From positions 330,001-362,000 of the forward strand of contig SHMX01000001.1 of assembly GCA_008080745.1 (NCBI GenBank): a DNA stretch of 32,000 bases, given 5' to 3'. Within the stretch, counting starts at the first letter, position 1, and the number at the start of each line of letters is the position of its first letter. The notes beneath the pieces were generated by a model. That model was not told the origin of the DNA and ran no database searches. It worked only from the letters and a program-made list of their open reading frames with translations. Origin of the DNA: Candidatus Thorarchaeota archaeon. GTDB taxonomy: Archaea > Asgardarchaeota > Thorarchaeia > Thorarchaeales > Thorarchaeaceae. The translations under genes and the position numbers were made by a program. Of the stretch, positions 9,823 to 18,871 are shown in pieces.

Positions 9823-11274
9823 TTGATAGTGGAGATCAAGAAGATAGCTGAAAATATCTATGAGATTCCAAAGGGTACCAACAAATGCATGAGAGTTCCC
9901 GTCCATGTCCATGCATCTCAAGCCCTTGTTAGCAAAATGAAGCAAGACAAGACGTTCACACAAGGAACAAATGTGGCATGTCTTCCAGGCATTCATTCTC
10001 ATAGTATAATTCTACCCGATGGTCATCAAGGATATGGATTCCCTATTGGAGGAGTTGCAGCCCTTGACTACGAGTCAGGAGTAATCTCCCCAGGAGGAGT
10101 AGGATATGACATCAACTGTGGTGTTCGAGTATTGCGCACGAACATGGACGAAGCAGATGTTCGTCCAAAGATTAGAGAGCTAATTGATAGGCTCTTTGAT
10201 GATGTACCAACAGGTGTAGGAAGATCAGGAAAGATCCGATTTCAAGGCAAGAAAGGCGTAGAAGAAGTTCTGGAACTTGGGGCAAAGTGGGCCGTCGAAA
10301 ATGGTTATGGTTGGGAAGAAGACCTAGAACATACCGAGGCAAACGGAAGCTTAGAGATTGCAGATGCCTCAAAAGTATCTGAACAAGCCAAGAAGAGAGG
10401 AACCAGTCAAGTTGGCACACTGGGGTCAGGAAATCACTTTCTGGAGATTCAGATGGTTGATCAGATATACAATGAGGAAGCTGCTAAAGCCATGGGAATC
10501 ACTAGAGAAGGACAGATTACAATTATGATCCATAGTGGTTCGCGAGGTCTAGGTCATCAAGTATGTAGTGATTATATCAAAACCATGACCAAAGCCATGC
10601 GGAAGTATAACATTGATGTTCCTGAACGAGAGCTTTGCTGTGCACCTACCACATCTCCTGAAGGACAAGCATACTTGGGAGCAATGAGCGCAGCGGCGAA
10701 TTATGCCTGGGCAAATAGACAGGCAATGATGCATTGGTCCCGGGAGGCAATATCAAAAGTATTGGGAGAAGATTCAGAAGACCTTGATATGAAACTGATC
10801 TATGATGTTGCCCACAATATGGCCAAGATAGAAGAACACGAAATAGAAGGAAAGAAGACAAAAGTCGTCGTTCATAGAAAAGGAGCCACTCGTGCATTTC
10901 CGGCGGGACATCCAGAAACTCCTGCAGCCTACAAAGATGTTGGACAACCAGTTTTAATTCCAGGTACCATGGGAACTGCTTCCTACATACTTGTTGGAAA
11001 CCCCAGAGGAATGGAATTGACCTTTGGTTCTACAGCTCACGGAGCAGGACGTCTTATGAGTAGAACCAGAGCTAAGAAGCAATTCTATGGGAAAGATGTC
11101 CAGAGAGATCTTGCAGGAGAGGGCATAATTGTCAAATCTACAAAGGCAGTGGTTGTCGCCGAGGAGGCCCCAGGGGCTTACAAGGACGTAGATGAAGTTG
11201 TCAAGGTATCTGATGCACTCGGAATTGCTAAGAAGGTAGTTAGGCTAAAACCGATTGGTGTCATTAAAGGCTAA
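9823..11274 (+). CDS. rtcB: RtcB tRNA-splicing/RNA ligase
   Basis: LPDGHQGYGFPIGG, PGGVGYDINCGVR, GTLGSGNHFLEIQ, HSGSRGLGH, YDVAHN, HRKGATRA, PGTMG, STAHGAGR, EEAPGAYK. Confidence 0.97.
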   Translation: MIVEIKKIAENIYEIPKGTNKCMRVPVHVHASQALVSKMKQDKTFTQGTNVACLPGIHSHSIILPDGHQGYGFPIGGVAALDYESGVISPGGVGYDINCGVRVLRTNMDEADVRPKIRELIDRLFDDVPTGVGRSGKIRFQGKKGVEEVLELGAKWAVENGYGWEEDLEHTEANGSLEIADASKVSEQAKKRGTSQVGTLGSGNHFLEIQMVDQIYNEEAAKAMGITREGQITIMIHSGSRGLGHQVCSDYIKTMTKAMRKYNIDVPERELCCAPTTSPEGQAYLGAMSAAANYAWANRQAMMHWSREAISKVLGEDSEDLDMKLIYDVAHNMAKIEEHEIEGKKTKVVVHRKGATRAFPAGHPETPAAYKDVGQPVLIPGTMGTASYILVGNPRGMELTFGSTAHGAGRLMSRTRAKKQFYGKDVQRDLAGEGIIVKSTKAVVVAEEAPGAYKDVDEVVKVSDALGIAKKVVRLKPIGVIKG

Positions 11275-12191
11275 TTCTTTTTTTTGCGAGTTCTGGCGGC
11301 AATATCCGCCAGAACCAAAGCAATTCCAAGCAGGATGATTGTAAATCCTACGAGGGTAAGTAGTGAGGGAATCTCTCCGAGAAATATAGCTGCTAGTATA
11401 GTTGCACCAATTGGTTCTCCGAGGACCGCAGACGAAACGACATATGCTGGAACTAGAGTAAGTAGATAGTTGTTGACTGAATGTCCCAAAGCGGTGGGAA
11501 ATATAGCCAGCGCGATGAAGATTACATATTCAGACCACTCTACAACAAATATATTGATTCCACTGAACATGCATATTGCTAGGGTGACGATTGACGCCGT
11601 AAAATATACTATTGAAGTGTAAACCGTTATAGGAAGTCCCTTTGCAAATTTTCTCCCACCTATGAAGTAGATTGCAAGAAAGAGTCCGCTCAATAGAGCA
11701 AGCATATCACCAAATAGAGCCCCAAAGCCCACAGTAGTCAGATCAGTCCAAGCAAGAAGAATCGCGCCAGTAACTGCTGTGAAAACTCCACTCCAAGATT
11801 TCCGCCCTAATGCTTCTTTGAGAACTACTGTAGAGAGAATTGCCGTGAAGATGGGAGAGGTGTTAACAAGAACAACACTAGCTGCTACTGTTGTCAGGAA
11901 TAGGGAGGTAAACCAGAAGGAAAAGTGTAAGGAAAGGATTACGCCGATGGCTAGGAGCCAAGTCCATCTGGTCTTTACTGTTGAATAGCTCTTTTTGAAA
12001 TCGTTCCGCGCCAAACCAGCGCTGGCCATAAGAATACCACCTAAAAGGGTGCGCCAAAACACAATCACCAAAGGATGCGATAAACTAAATCGAATCAAAA
12101 TGCTCGCGCTGGACACCATTGATACCGACAGTACAAGAAGGAGAATTATCTGGACCTTATTGTCATCATCAATAGTATATAGCTCTGCCAT
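11271..12191 (-). CDS. DMT/EamA family transporter
   Basis: About 10 TM helices, duplicated EamA pattern (SVVLVNTSPIFTAILS...LKE; LGEPIGATILAAIFLGE). Confidence 0.92.
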   Translation of the reverse strand: MAELYTIDDDNKVQIILLLVLSVSMVSSASILIRFSLSHPLVIVFWRTLLGGILMASAGLARNDFKKSYSTVKTRWTWLLAIGVILSLHFSFWFTSLFLTTVAASVVLVNTSPIFTAILSTVVLKEALGRKSWSGVFTAVTGAILLAWTDLTTVGFGALFGDMLALLSGLFLAIYFIGGRKFAKGLPITVYTSIVYFTASIVTLAICMFSGINIFVVEWSEYVIFIALAIFPTALGHSVNNYLLTLVPAYVVSSAVLGEPIGATILAAIFLGEIPSLLTLVGFTIILLGIALVLADIAARTRKKKN

Positions 12192-12194
12192 TAT

Positions 12195-12695
12195 TCACAC
12201 CGATATTTCTGAGTTGCAGAGTATACATACTTGAGTGTCATCTGTTTTTTTCATGGTCCATGATTCGCAATCTGGACATTCTTTTACTACAAGTGACGTT
12301 AGTTCGTGTTCTTCCAAGAAGGACACAACTTCATCAGTAGTAGAATACCCAATGACAGTGATGCCGCTAGCACCTCTAACCATTCGTGACAACATCTCCA
12401 AGTCACCTTGGAAAAAGGCAAGAACTGGTATCCTCTCCAGTATTGCTAACATTAGCTCCATACCCACACCAAGAGATGGCTTGGAAACCTCTGCAATCAC
12501 AAAATCACTCTCTCTCACCCAGCGAACATCACGTTCATAGATTTCTTTGGAGGGAAGTGGAGGAACAAACTGTGGTGCAAAGACCGAGTGTCCTTTCCTT
12601 TCAAGTACGGTGATTACACCCTTGTAAAAATCATCTCTTCGAAGTTGTTTGTGTATAATAGGACCTGAGAGATAGATCTGCACCATGAAGATCAC
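12195..12695 (-). CDS. Nucleoside 2-deoxyribosyltransferase/DNPH1-like protein with C-terminal zinc ribbon
   Basis: IYLSGPI, IYERDVRWVRESDFVIAEVSKPSLGVGMEL; C-terminal CPDC...CILC. Confidence 0.82.
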   Translation of the reverse strand: MIFMVQIYLSGPIIHKQLRRDDFYKGVITVLERKGHSVFAPQFVPPLPSKEIYERDVRWVRESDFVIAEVSKPSLGVGMELMLAILERIPVLAFFQGDLEMLSRMVRGASGITVIGYSTTDEVVSFLEEHELTSLVVKECPDCESWTMKKTDDTQVCILCNSEISV

Positions 12696-12708
12696 CTATG
12701 CAAGAGAG

Positions 12709-13080
12709 TTATTCCTCGGATGCAACTTTGCTTGGGATTGACATCAATTCATTTAGAGATGGAAGTGTTTCATCATCATCAATCTCTTCAATTTCGCCAG
12801 AACGCCCAAGAGATAGTTGTAGTTTGCCTTTCCACTCTTTAGCCCAACCATTTTTTATCTTGATTACTTTCCCAGCTGATAAATCAGAAGCTTTGCCAAA
12901 ACCCCAGAGAGAGAGAACAACACGTTTGGTTTCATCGGCCACCAATACCTCAGTTAGTTGAGTTTTTCTCCCACCGCGAGTAGTGATAATTCGTGGGGGT
13001 GCCACAGATATAACGCGAACTATCAATTCTGGTACGCCTTTATCAGGTTCAACATCTTCAATTTTCAATGATAACCACAA
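12709..13080 (-). CDS. ssb: Single-OB-fold single-stranded DNA-binding protein
   Basis: VRVISVAPPRIITTRGG, VADETKRVVLSLWG, GKVIKIKNGWAKEWKGKLQLSLGR; resembles short archaeal SSB/RPA. Confidence 0.85.
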   Translation of the reverse strand: MWLSLKIEDVEPDKGVPELIVRVISVAPPRIITTRGGRKTQLTEVLVADETKRVVLSLWGFGKASDLSAGKVIKIKNGWAKEWKGKLQLSLGRSGEIEEIDDDETLPSLNELMSIPSKVASEE

Positions 13081-13152
13081 TTAAGGAAAATTGCTCATTA
13101 CAAATCAAGCTTCCGAGTGAGGCAGAAAGAGGATTTATGAAGTTTGCAGCAT

Positions 13153-14742
13153 TTAATCTGTATCTTCATCATCTTCATCAGCATTATGCAACTTGACTGG
13201 TTCCATCCGTCCTAGTATCTGTTCGAGTTCTGTAATTGTTCTCTTTGTAACAGAGAGGGGTTCTTCTACTTTATCTTCAAGATGCTCTTCTTCAGAAAGA
13301 GTTACAGGTTCCATTACGCCGAGTATCTGTTCTAGTTCTTTGATAGCACTTCCCGAAACAGTCTCACGTGGATGTTCTTCCGTCGAAATATCTCCCACTT
13401 CTTCACTCTTCAATGCTCTGAGACTCTCTTCGATTTCGTCTTCAGAAACCATTTCGATTTCTGATTCAACTTCAGCATCGGCCTCAAGAGCTTCTGATAT
13501 TGCTTTCTTTGGATCAACGGGCTCATCGACAACTTCTGATTCTATATCCGGGGTTTCTTCAAACGACTCGGATATAATCTCCTCTGGGGGTTTCTCAGAA
13601 ATAATATCTTCCTCATATGATTCTTCAGCAGATTCTATATCTCCGCTCTCAGACACCTCGACATATTCCTCAACTATCTCATAGTCACCCGCTTCGATAT
13701 CGGCTTCATCGATTATCTGACCATCTTCATCTACAAGAACCTCGACTATTTCGTATTCCTCGTCTTCCTCAAGCTCTTCTTCATCATATTCTTCATCGTC
13801 ATCTAAACCATCAAGTTGAGAGATCTCTTCTTCGAGCTCGTCTGCAAAGCGCAAAATTTCCGTTGCTGGCAAATCAGGAAGGGTGACACCAACATATTGG
13901 GCAGCTGCATTCATCAAGATTCGCAACATCTCATCACGGCGACTCTTATCTACAGCAACCATCGGATATGTGGGGACACCAAGTATTTTCTGAATCACTT
14001 CCGGTCGCATTGCGTTAGGTTTGTCCTGTTTATTTGCTATCACAAATAGAGGAACTTTTGGAGCATCTCTTCGAATGAGTTTCATGATATCTTTGCTTAC
14101 TATTACATTTCGCAGAGAAGAGTCACAGACCAGAAAGATGACGTCTGCACCATGGAAATAAAATCTCCAGAGCTTTCTGAAACGTTCCTGCCCTGCAAAA
14201 TCCCAAAGTACAAGGCTGTAGTTTCCAAAACGGATATTTTCAACAGTTTCTAGATTTAATGCAATGGTTGGTACATACTGAGTAGGAGGGGTATCTCCTA
14301 ATAGAAGATGAAGTGTGGTGGTCTTACCCACACCACCCTCTCCGACTAGGGCGATTTTGAGTTTTGTAGTAACCGATGATTCGATAAGACCTTCAAAATC
14401 TTGAATCGTCATTCCTAGACCTTTTGAACTGATGTATTTCTTTAGAATCTTAATTCCTTTCTTCAATTTCTCGCCAAGGCTTTTATCGTCCTCACCAAGA
14501 TCACCCACCATCAGTAAAATTGTATCATTTGTGACCTCGGATGCCATCATCTTATGTTCATGGATATTTAGGGGGATGTTTATGAAGTCACTACCCGATG
14601 CTTGTTTTATCTCAGACCGAGTAGCTAAAAACTCATCAATTTCCGCCTGTGAAACCTCTATGGGCCAATATTGTGCAGTGGCCAGAACTTTACCCGAGAG
14701 ATCGATAAGGAATGTATTGTGAATCACGTCTATATTCACCAT
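13153..14742 (-). CDS. Arf/Rag-like small GTPase with N-terminal longin/roadblock-like domain and long acidic C-terminal region
   Basis: GEGGVGKTT, PTIALN, WDFAGQERFRKLWRFYF, ANKQD; about 125 aa N-terminal alpha/beta domain; Glu/Asp-rich C-terminal half. Confidence 0.88.
   Translation of the reverse strand: MVNIDVIHNTFLIDLSGKVLATAQYWPIEVSQAEIDEFLATRSEIKQASGSDFINIPLNIHEHKMMASEVTNDTILLMVGDLGEDDKSLGEKLKKGIKILKKYISSKGLGMTIQDFEGLIESSVTTKLKIALVGEGGVGKTTTLHLLLGDTPPTQYVPTIALNLETVENIRFGNYSLVLWDFAGQERFRKLWRFYFHGADVIFLVCDSSLRNVIVSKDIMKLIRRDAPKVPLFVIANKQDKPNAMRPEVIQKILGVPTYPMVAVDKSRRDEMLRILMNAAAQYVGVTLPDLPATEILRFADELEEEISQLDGLDDDEEYDEEELEEDEEYEIVEVLVDEDGQIIDEADIEAGDYEIVEEYVEVSESGDIESAEESYEEDIISEKPPEEIISESFEETPDIESEVVDEPVDPKKAISEALEADAEVESEIEMVSEDEIEESLRALKSEEVGDISTEEHPRETVSGSAIKELEQILGVMEPVTLSEEEHLEDKVEEPLSVTKRTITELEQILGRMEPVKLHNADEDDEDTD
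13189..13344 (-). repeat. Duplicated 16-aa motif in the GTPase acidic tail
   Basis: IKELEQILGVMEPVTL (13297-13344) and ITELEQILGRMEPVKL (13189-13236). Confidence 0.9.
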
Positions 14743-14862
14743 TTTTCTTGATTTACTTGGACGAATACTAACCTTTCTTACTATGTCATCTTAATACAGT
14801 ATATCAGATATATGGGTGCTTTATATCCACAGCACTATAAAATGTAATTGTGAGGGACAATA

Positions 14863-15798
14863 ATGAGTCAGAGTATTACAATAGAGCCAGGTAGCCTTCA
14901 GAAGTGTGATGATATTGCAAGAATATACAATGCGGTCAGTTCCAGAGATAACCCAGATCATGTGGATATAGATGGAGAGTACTACCGTTCAGCATACCAA
15001 TCACCAAGAGTGAATGTGGAAAGAGATGTAATCTTGGCCAGATTGAAGGGAGTGGGAATAGTAGGATATGGCACTGCCTTTAGGGCTAGTGAACAGAATA
15101 TACCGATATCACGTACATCTCTTAAGGTACATCCAGAATATACGGGACTGGGAGTAGGTTCTAGATTATTTCAAGAAATCATGAAGATTGCTAAGGCTCA
15201 GAAATCTCGAAAGGCTATATGTAACATTCCGGACTTTAGGCCCTCAGCACTTGAATTTGCTCAGAGAAGAGAAATGCGTCCCACTAAATATTGGATCAAG
15301 ATGTCTCACCTTGATATTCGGACGGTTAAATTAGAAGAGAAAACGAGTGATCTAGTCATTAAAGAGATACATCCTGTTGCTGATGCAGAAAGGTGGGCAA
15401 ACCTCCAAAATGAGATATTCCAAGACCGTATTGGATATACCCCTGTGACTCCGGAGTTTCTCACGAATTTTAGTCAAAATGATAGGTTTGTATCAGAATT
15501 TGCACTATTCGGAATTTCAAATGGAGAACCAGTTGTCTATGTAATGGGGACAAAATTATCGTCATCATCAAATGAGGAAATACGCCTTTTGATAGAAGGA
15601 ATAGGCACACTGAAAGAACACAGACGCAAAAGGTATGGTAAATCAATACTACATGAGCTATTCCGCAGAGCCAAATCTAAAGGAATCTATCGATCGGATT
15701 TAGTAGTGGATAACGAAGAAGAAGCTGCAAGACAATTCTACTTGTGTTTAGGTTATGAAGAACGCTATCGTCGCATACGATATGAAATAAACCTTTGA
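14863..15798 (+). CDS. Tandem-domain GNAT acetyltransferase (MshD-like architecture)
   Basis: Two acetyl-CoA-binding motifs: VHPEYTGLGVGSRL and IGTLKEHRRKRYGKSIL; EAARQFYLCLGY. Confidence 0.85.
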   Translation: MSQSITIEPGSLQKCDDIARIYNAVSSRDNPDHVDIDGEYYRSAYQSPRVNVERDVILARLKGVGIVGYGTAFRASEQNIPISRTSLKVHPEYTGLGVGSRLFQEIMKIAKAQKSRKAICNIPDFRPSALEFAQRREMRPTKYWIKMSHLDIRTVKLEEKTSDLVIKEIHPVADAERWANLQNEIFQDRIGYTPVTPEFLTNFSQNDRFVSEFALFGISNGEPVVYVMGTKLSSSSNEEIRLLIEGIGTLKEHRRKRYGKSILHELFRRAKSKGIYRSDLVVDNEEEAARQFYLCLGYEERYRRIRYEINL

Positions 15799-15802
15799 AC
15801 AA

Positions 15803-16450
15803 TCAGCTTTCTCTTGCTAACTGAAATATCCGAGTCTTTCTTTTTTCTTCCTCGTAAGAAAATTCTGACTCATGAGAAATATCGGATTGTAGTGGAAAAC
15901 CAGTTATTGATGGATGATAATTGGGGTCTCCAAAAAATTTCACGAGGATGCCGTTTCTCTTGCAGACGTGATATAATGTCGCCACAGCAACAGAGGTCCA
16001 AGAAGAAACATCTAGTGTCCCGACATCCAAAAATTCCCGTACCATCAGGCTGAAGGGTTGAGCAAAATCAGCTGAAACATTTGCAGCTATTATATCCAAA
16101 GCCAATTTTCTACCTTTGATATCAGCATTCATGTACATCTCAATCAATCTATTCATAGCTGTATCTGAACCCAGAATAGACATGGTACGAAGTCCTAACA
16201 GCCAAGCATCGAGATCATCGGATTTTACTAATTCTTCACAAATATCCAGAACACGACGGTCTCCACGCAGTGCCAACTCATACATAACAGTTTCACGTAA
16301 AGGTAATTGCAAAGTGGAATTATTAGCAGACTGAAACAGCTTCCCCGAATCAACATTGCTATAGGGACGAGAGAAATCCCAATTATCACTAGGATTTCGA
16401 ATTATGCAGAGTTCGCAAGTTGTCATAAAATAGAATTCCAATGATGCCAT
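15803..16450 (-). CDS. Hypothetical protein with HEAT-like helical repeats
   Basis: ELALRGDRRVLDICEELV, LLGLRTMSILGSDTAMNRLIEMY resemble HEAT repeats; no family assigned. Confidence 0.6.
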   Translation of the reverse strand: MASLEFYFMTTCELCIIRNPSDNWDFSRPYSNVDSGKLFQSANNSTLQLPLRETVMYELALRGDRRVLDICEELVKSDDLDAWLLGLRTMSILGSDTAMNRLIEMYMNADIKGRKLALDIIAANVSADFAQPFSLMVREFLDVGTLDVSSWTSVAVATLYHVCKRNGILVKFFGDPNYHPSITGFPLQSDISHESEFSYEEEKRKTRIFQLARES

Positions 16451-16710
16451 TTAAGCCCGTAATAACACAGTTTCGATGAATTCGAACCTAAAATCGGGAA
16501 TAATTTAGCAAAGAACAACAAAATAATAGCCTATAATTACCTAATATTGCAAATGAATTCATTTTAACACCTCGGAGAAGTTGTAGAAGCACCATATATC
16601 TTCAATAGTATAATGAAACATACTAAGACCCAGTTACACTCTATGACAATTTCTAATTGATTTCTTAATACTAACATCTTAGATCAACAACATCTGATGA
16701 GGAGAAGCAT

Positions 16711-17109
16711 ATGAGTGAAGCTACCGAGAGAAACACCACCTTCGGTGAAACCAGGCACTTATCGCCAAGATATAAAACGGAAACAAAAAGCCCTCCAATA
16801 GAAGAGAGAAAAGCACTAATCGAAATGATACAAAAATCACCCCGTTCTGCGAATTTTTGGTATCATTTGGGTGTGTATCTAAAGGATCAAGGAAATTTAG
16901 AAGAAGCTGAAGATGCATTCCTCACCACTGTGGAATTAGACGGAAACTTCAGAGAAGCTTGGTTGAATCTTGTATGGATATATGAAATACTAGGAATGAG
17001 AGAGGAAGCGGTCATGGCCATTGAAATGTTAGAGCTATCGACCGAAGAGGAGAATGATCTACTTAATATTCAATTCTTTGGTGACGATACACTTCATATG
17101 TCAAAATAA
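16711..17109 (+). CDS. Small TPR protein
   Basis: SPRSANFWYHLGVYLKDQGNLEEAEDAFLTTVELD and AWLNLVWIYEILGMREEA. Confidence 0.85.
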   Translation: MSEATERNTTFGETRHLSPRYKTETKSPPIEERKALIEMIQKSPRSANFWYHLGVYLKDQGNLEEAEDAFLTTVELDGNFREAWLNLVWIYEILGMREEAVMAIEMLELSTEEENDLLNIQFFGDDTLHMSK

Positions 17110-17244
17110 AAGAACCTAACATTAAAGGAATAATGGGGCCCGATTGGGCCCGAGAATGAATGCGTATCGAGCAATCCTGATTTCTCCAAATGGGACCGGA
17201 TTGGCCCGCAAAAGCGAACCATCCGCGTCCGGAAACCCGTTCCA

Positions 17245-17412
17245 TCGTGCACGGAAAACACGTTATGCGCAAGTATTTGCAAGGGGGACCTGCATTTATT
17301 TGGGACCAAATGCTTAGAACTCGTATCTTTGGGACCGTTTGTGTTGCGAATGCGAGTTCAAGACGGGGCCCGTGCACGAGTACCGGGTACTCGAAGGCAA
17401 TTCTAATCTATA
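17245..17412 (+). ncRNA. Candidate structured RNA, copy 1 (unrecognised family)
   Basis: 10-bp closing stem 17245-17254/17370-17379; hairpins 17269-17280, 17292-17313, 17317-17359; motifs AAGGGGGACC, TTAGAAC and TAATCTATA shared with copy 2. Confidence 0.55.
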
Positions 17413-17589
17413 CTTTTCCGCATAAGAAGCTTTCTAGTGTCTTAGGGGCAAAAGAAGACCCCATAACCCTGCGATTATCCTAAAAATCGGTTCATATGCC
17501 TGCGAATATCACAATTAAAGGGCACCATGATATGAGATATTCGCAATGTTAGATGGCTATTGATGAGAATTAAGAAAATAATAAGGGGG

Positions 17590-17611
17590 GACCGTTCGAA
17601 ATTGAACGGTC
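17590..17611 (-). terminator. Stem-loop downstream of the longin-like gene
   Basis: GACCGTTC/GAACGGTC 8-bp stem just past the stop at 17620, followed on the minus strand by CCCCCTTATTATTTTCTT. Confidence 0.5.
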
Positions 17612-17619
17612 AAACGCAA

Positions 17620-18759
17620 TTATCGTGGGAAGTTATCACGTAAGAGCCGGAGATGATGGTGAATCAGCTCACGTAGTTTGTTATCTTCTGGATTGCTCTC
17701 AAGATCCTGAGGTAGTGAGGCCAAGAAATATTCTGGGAAGAACAACCGTACACGAATATCGTTCAAGAGGAAAATCCATTTGTCAGTTTCACCTGATACT
17801 TCCTCTCTTCTTCGCTCGGATACCACCCTATATTTAATCAAGGTCTGAACGGCTGCTTTCAACTCCTTTGGAGGTATTCCAAGGGTGGCCTCTAATTCAG
17901 CCATATTCTGGGGACGCCTACGGAGTTCGCTTAATGTATCATAGCAATCAGGATCTGCAAGAATTTCTGCAATAGAAACCGTATCTTCCGGGGTCTTCTT
18001 CCACTCTCTGAGAAATTCTAAGACTTCCATCTTGTATTCTGCGGCTAGTTCAGGGTCCAATACTTTTCCTGCGGCTTCCATTGCTAAAAGTGGAGGTGCA
18101 CGAAATACCTCAAGGTCCTTTATCATGAACACGCATGTTCGACCAATCTCATCAACCCATTCCGTCTTGACTAATCCCAACTCTTCAAAGGGGGACAGAA
18201 TAGAATCTACACTAACACTGGGAAGGCCAGTGACCATCTTCAACCATTCTTCCAAATCTTCTTTCGATATTCCACCCTTCCATAATTTCGGAAATACAGC
18301 TCTTGACAGCTCATCTGCAAAAAGACGGGCGAGCCGAGATTCATCGGTCATTCCTGCAAGACGAATGATTCTTCGATAAGTGTTCTCAAGCTCCTCTTGA
18401 ACCTCACTATCTGTCATGGTGGCAACAGAATTGGTAAGGTGCGAAACTATTGATGTGATGGCAGCTTCGTAGGATTTGGGGTCTTCTGATGTATTCAAAA
18501 GTAGGGATATACAGTACTGTTCTTCCTCACGTACTATTCCAGTGTAGTAAGATGCAACTGCATATTCTTCCCCGCCAATTCTGACACTCAGAGACGAAAA
18601 TCCAGCTGTTGCATCACCCATAGCATGTGATGTGAAGATTCTCATAATCTCCGTGTTGAGGTCTTCTCTATAGTAATCTGCAAAATCAGCAGGAACCTTT
18701 GCCTTAAGTACGGCTCCAACTTTCGAATCCCAATCGATAAGTACTAATGCAACAGGCAT
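17620..18759 (-). CDS. Longin/uDENN-like domain protein with C-terminal winged-helix-like regions
   Basis: N-terminus VLIDWDSKVGAVLKAKVP...ASYY...YCISLLL resembles longin/uDENN; C-terminal helical/wH segments (ELEATLGIPPKELKAAVQTLIKYRVV). Confidence 0.65.
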   Translation of the reverse strand: MPVALVLIDWDSKVGAVLKAKVPADFADYYREDLNTEIMRIFTSHAMGDATAGFSSLSVRIGGEEYAVASYYTGIVREEEQYCISLLLNTSEDPKSYEAAITSIVSHLTNSVATMTDSEVQEELENTYRRIIRLAGMTDESRLARLFADELSRAVFPKLWKGGISKEDLEEWLKMVTGLPSVSVDSILSPFEELGLVKTEWVDEIGRTCVFMIKDLEVFRAPPLLAMEAAGKVLDPELAAEYKMEVLEFLREWKKTPEDTVSIAEILADPDCYDTLSELRRRPQNMAELEATLGIPPKELKAAVQTLIKYRVVSERRREEVSGETDKWIFLLNDIRVRLFFPEYFLASLPQDLESNPEDNKLRELIHHHLRLLRDNFPR

Positions 18760-18871
18760 TCTTGTTTTCTCCAGGTCCCTTGGTTGAACTTATGCGAAAG
18801 AACAACCTATTCTATAGCGTTGTTCGCTGAGTCACTAAAAAAGCTTGTCACTATTTTTTCCGCATATTTTC

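Noticed and set aside
17133-17208. Possible CRISPR mini-array (two similar 19-20-mers with a 37-nt spacer)
   Set aside because: Only two imperfect copies, no third at the expected period, and no cas genes in the window.
17227-17261. ORB-like replication origin (TCC...GGAAAC, G-strings)
   Set aside because: Spacing does not fit the ORB consensus and there is no adjacent orc1/cdc6.
17340-17380. tRNA-like GTTCAAG...GGGGCCC
   Set aside because: No T-stem pairing, D arm or acceptor stem; not a tRNA.
17314-17412. Group II intron domain V/VI resemblance (also in copy 2)
   Set aside because: No AGC/CGC triad, stems longer and less conserved than domain V, no GUGYG 5' end and no interrupted host gene.
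17133-17483. ORF 17190-17483 extended upstream through two in-frame TGA codons as a selenoprotein
   Set aside because: No Cys/Sec-type motif or recognisable fold. Frame relative to the GGACC motif is not preserved in the second RNA copy, so similarity there is at the nucleotide and structure level.
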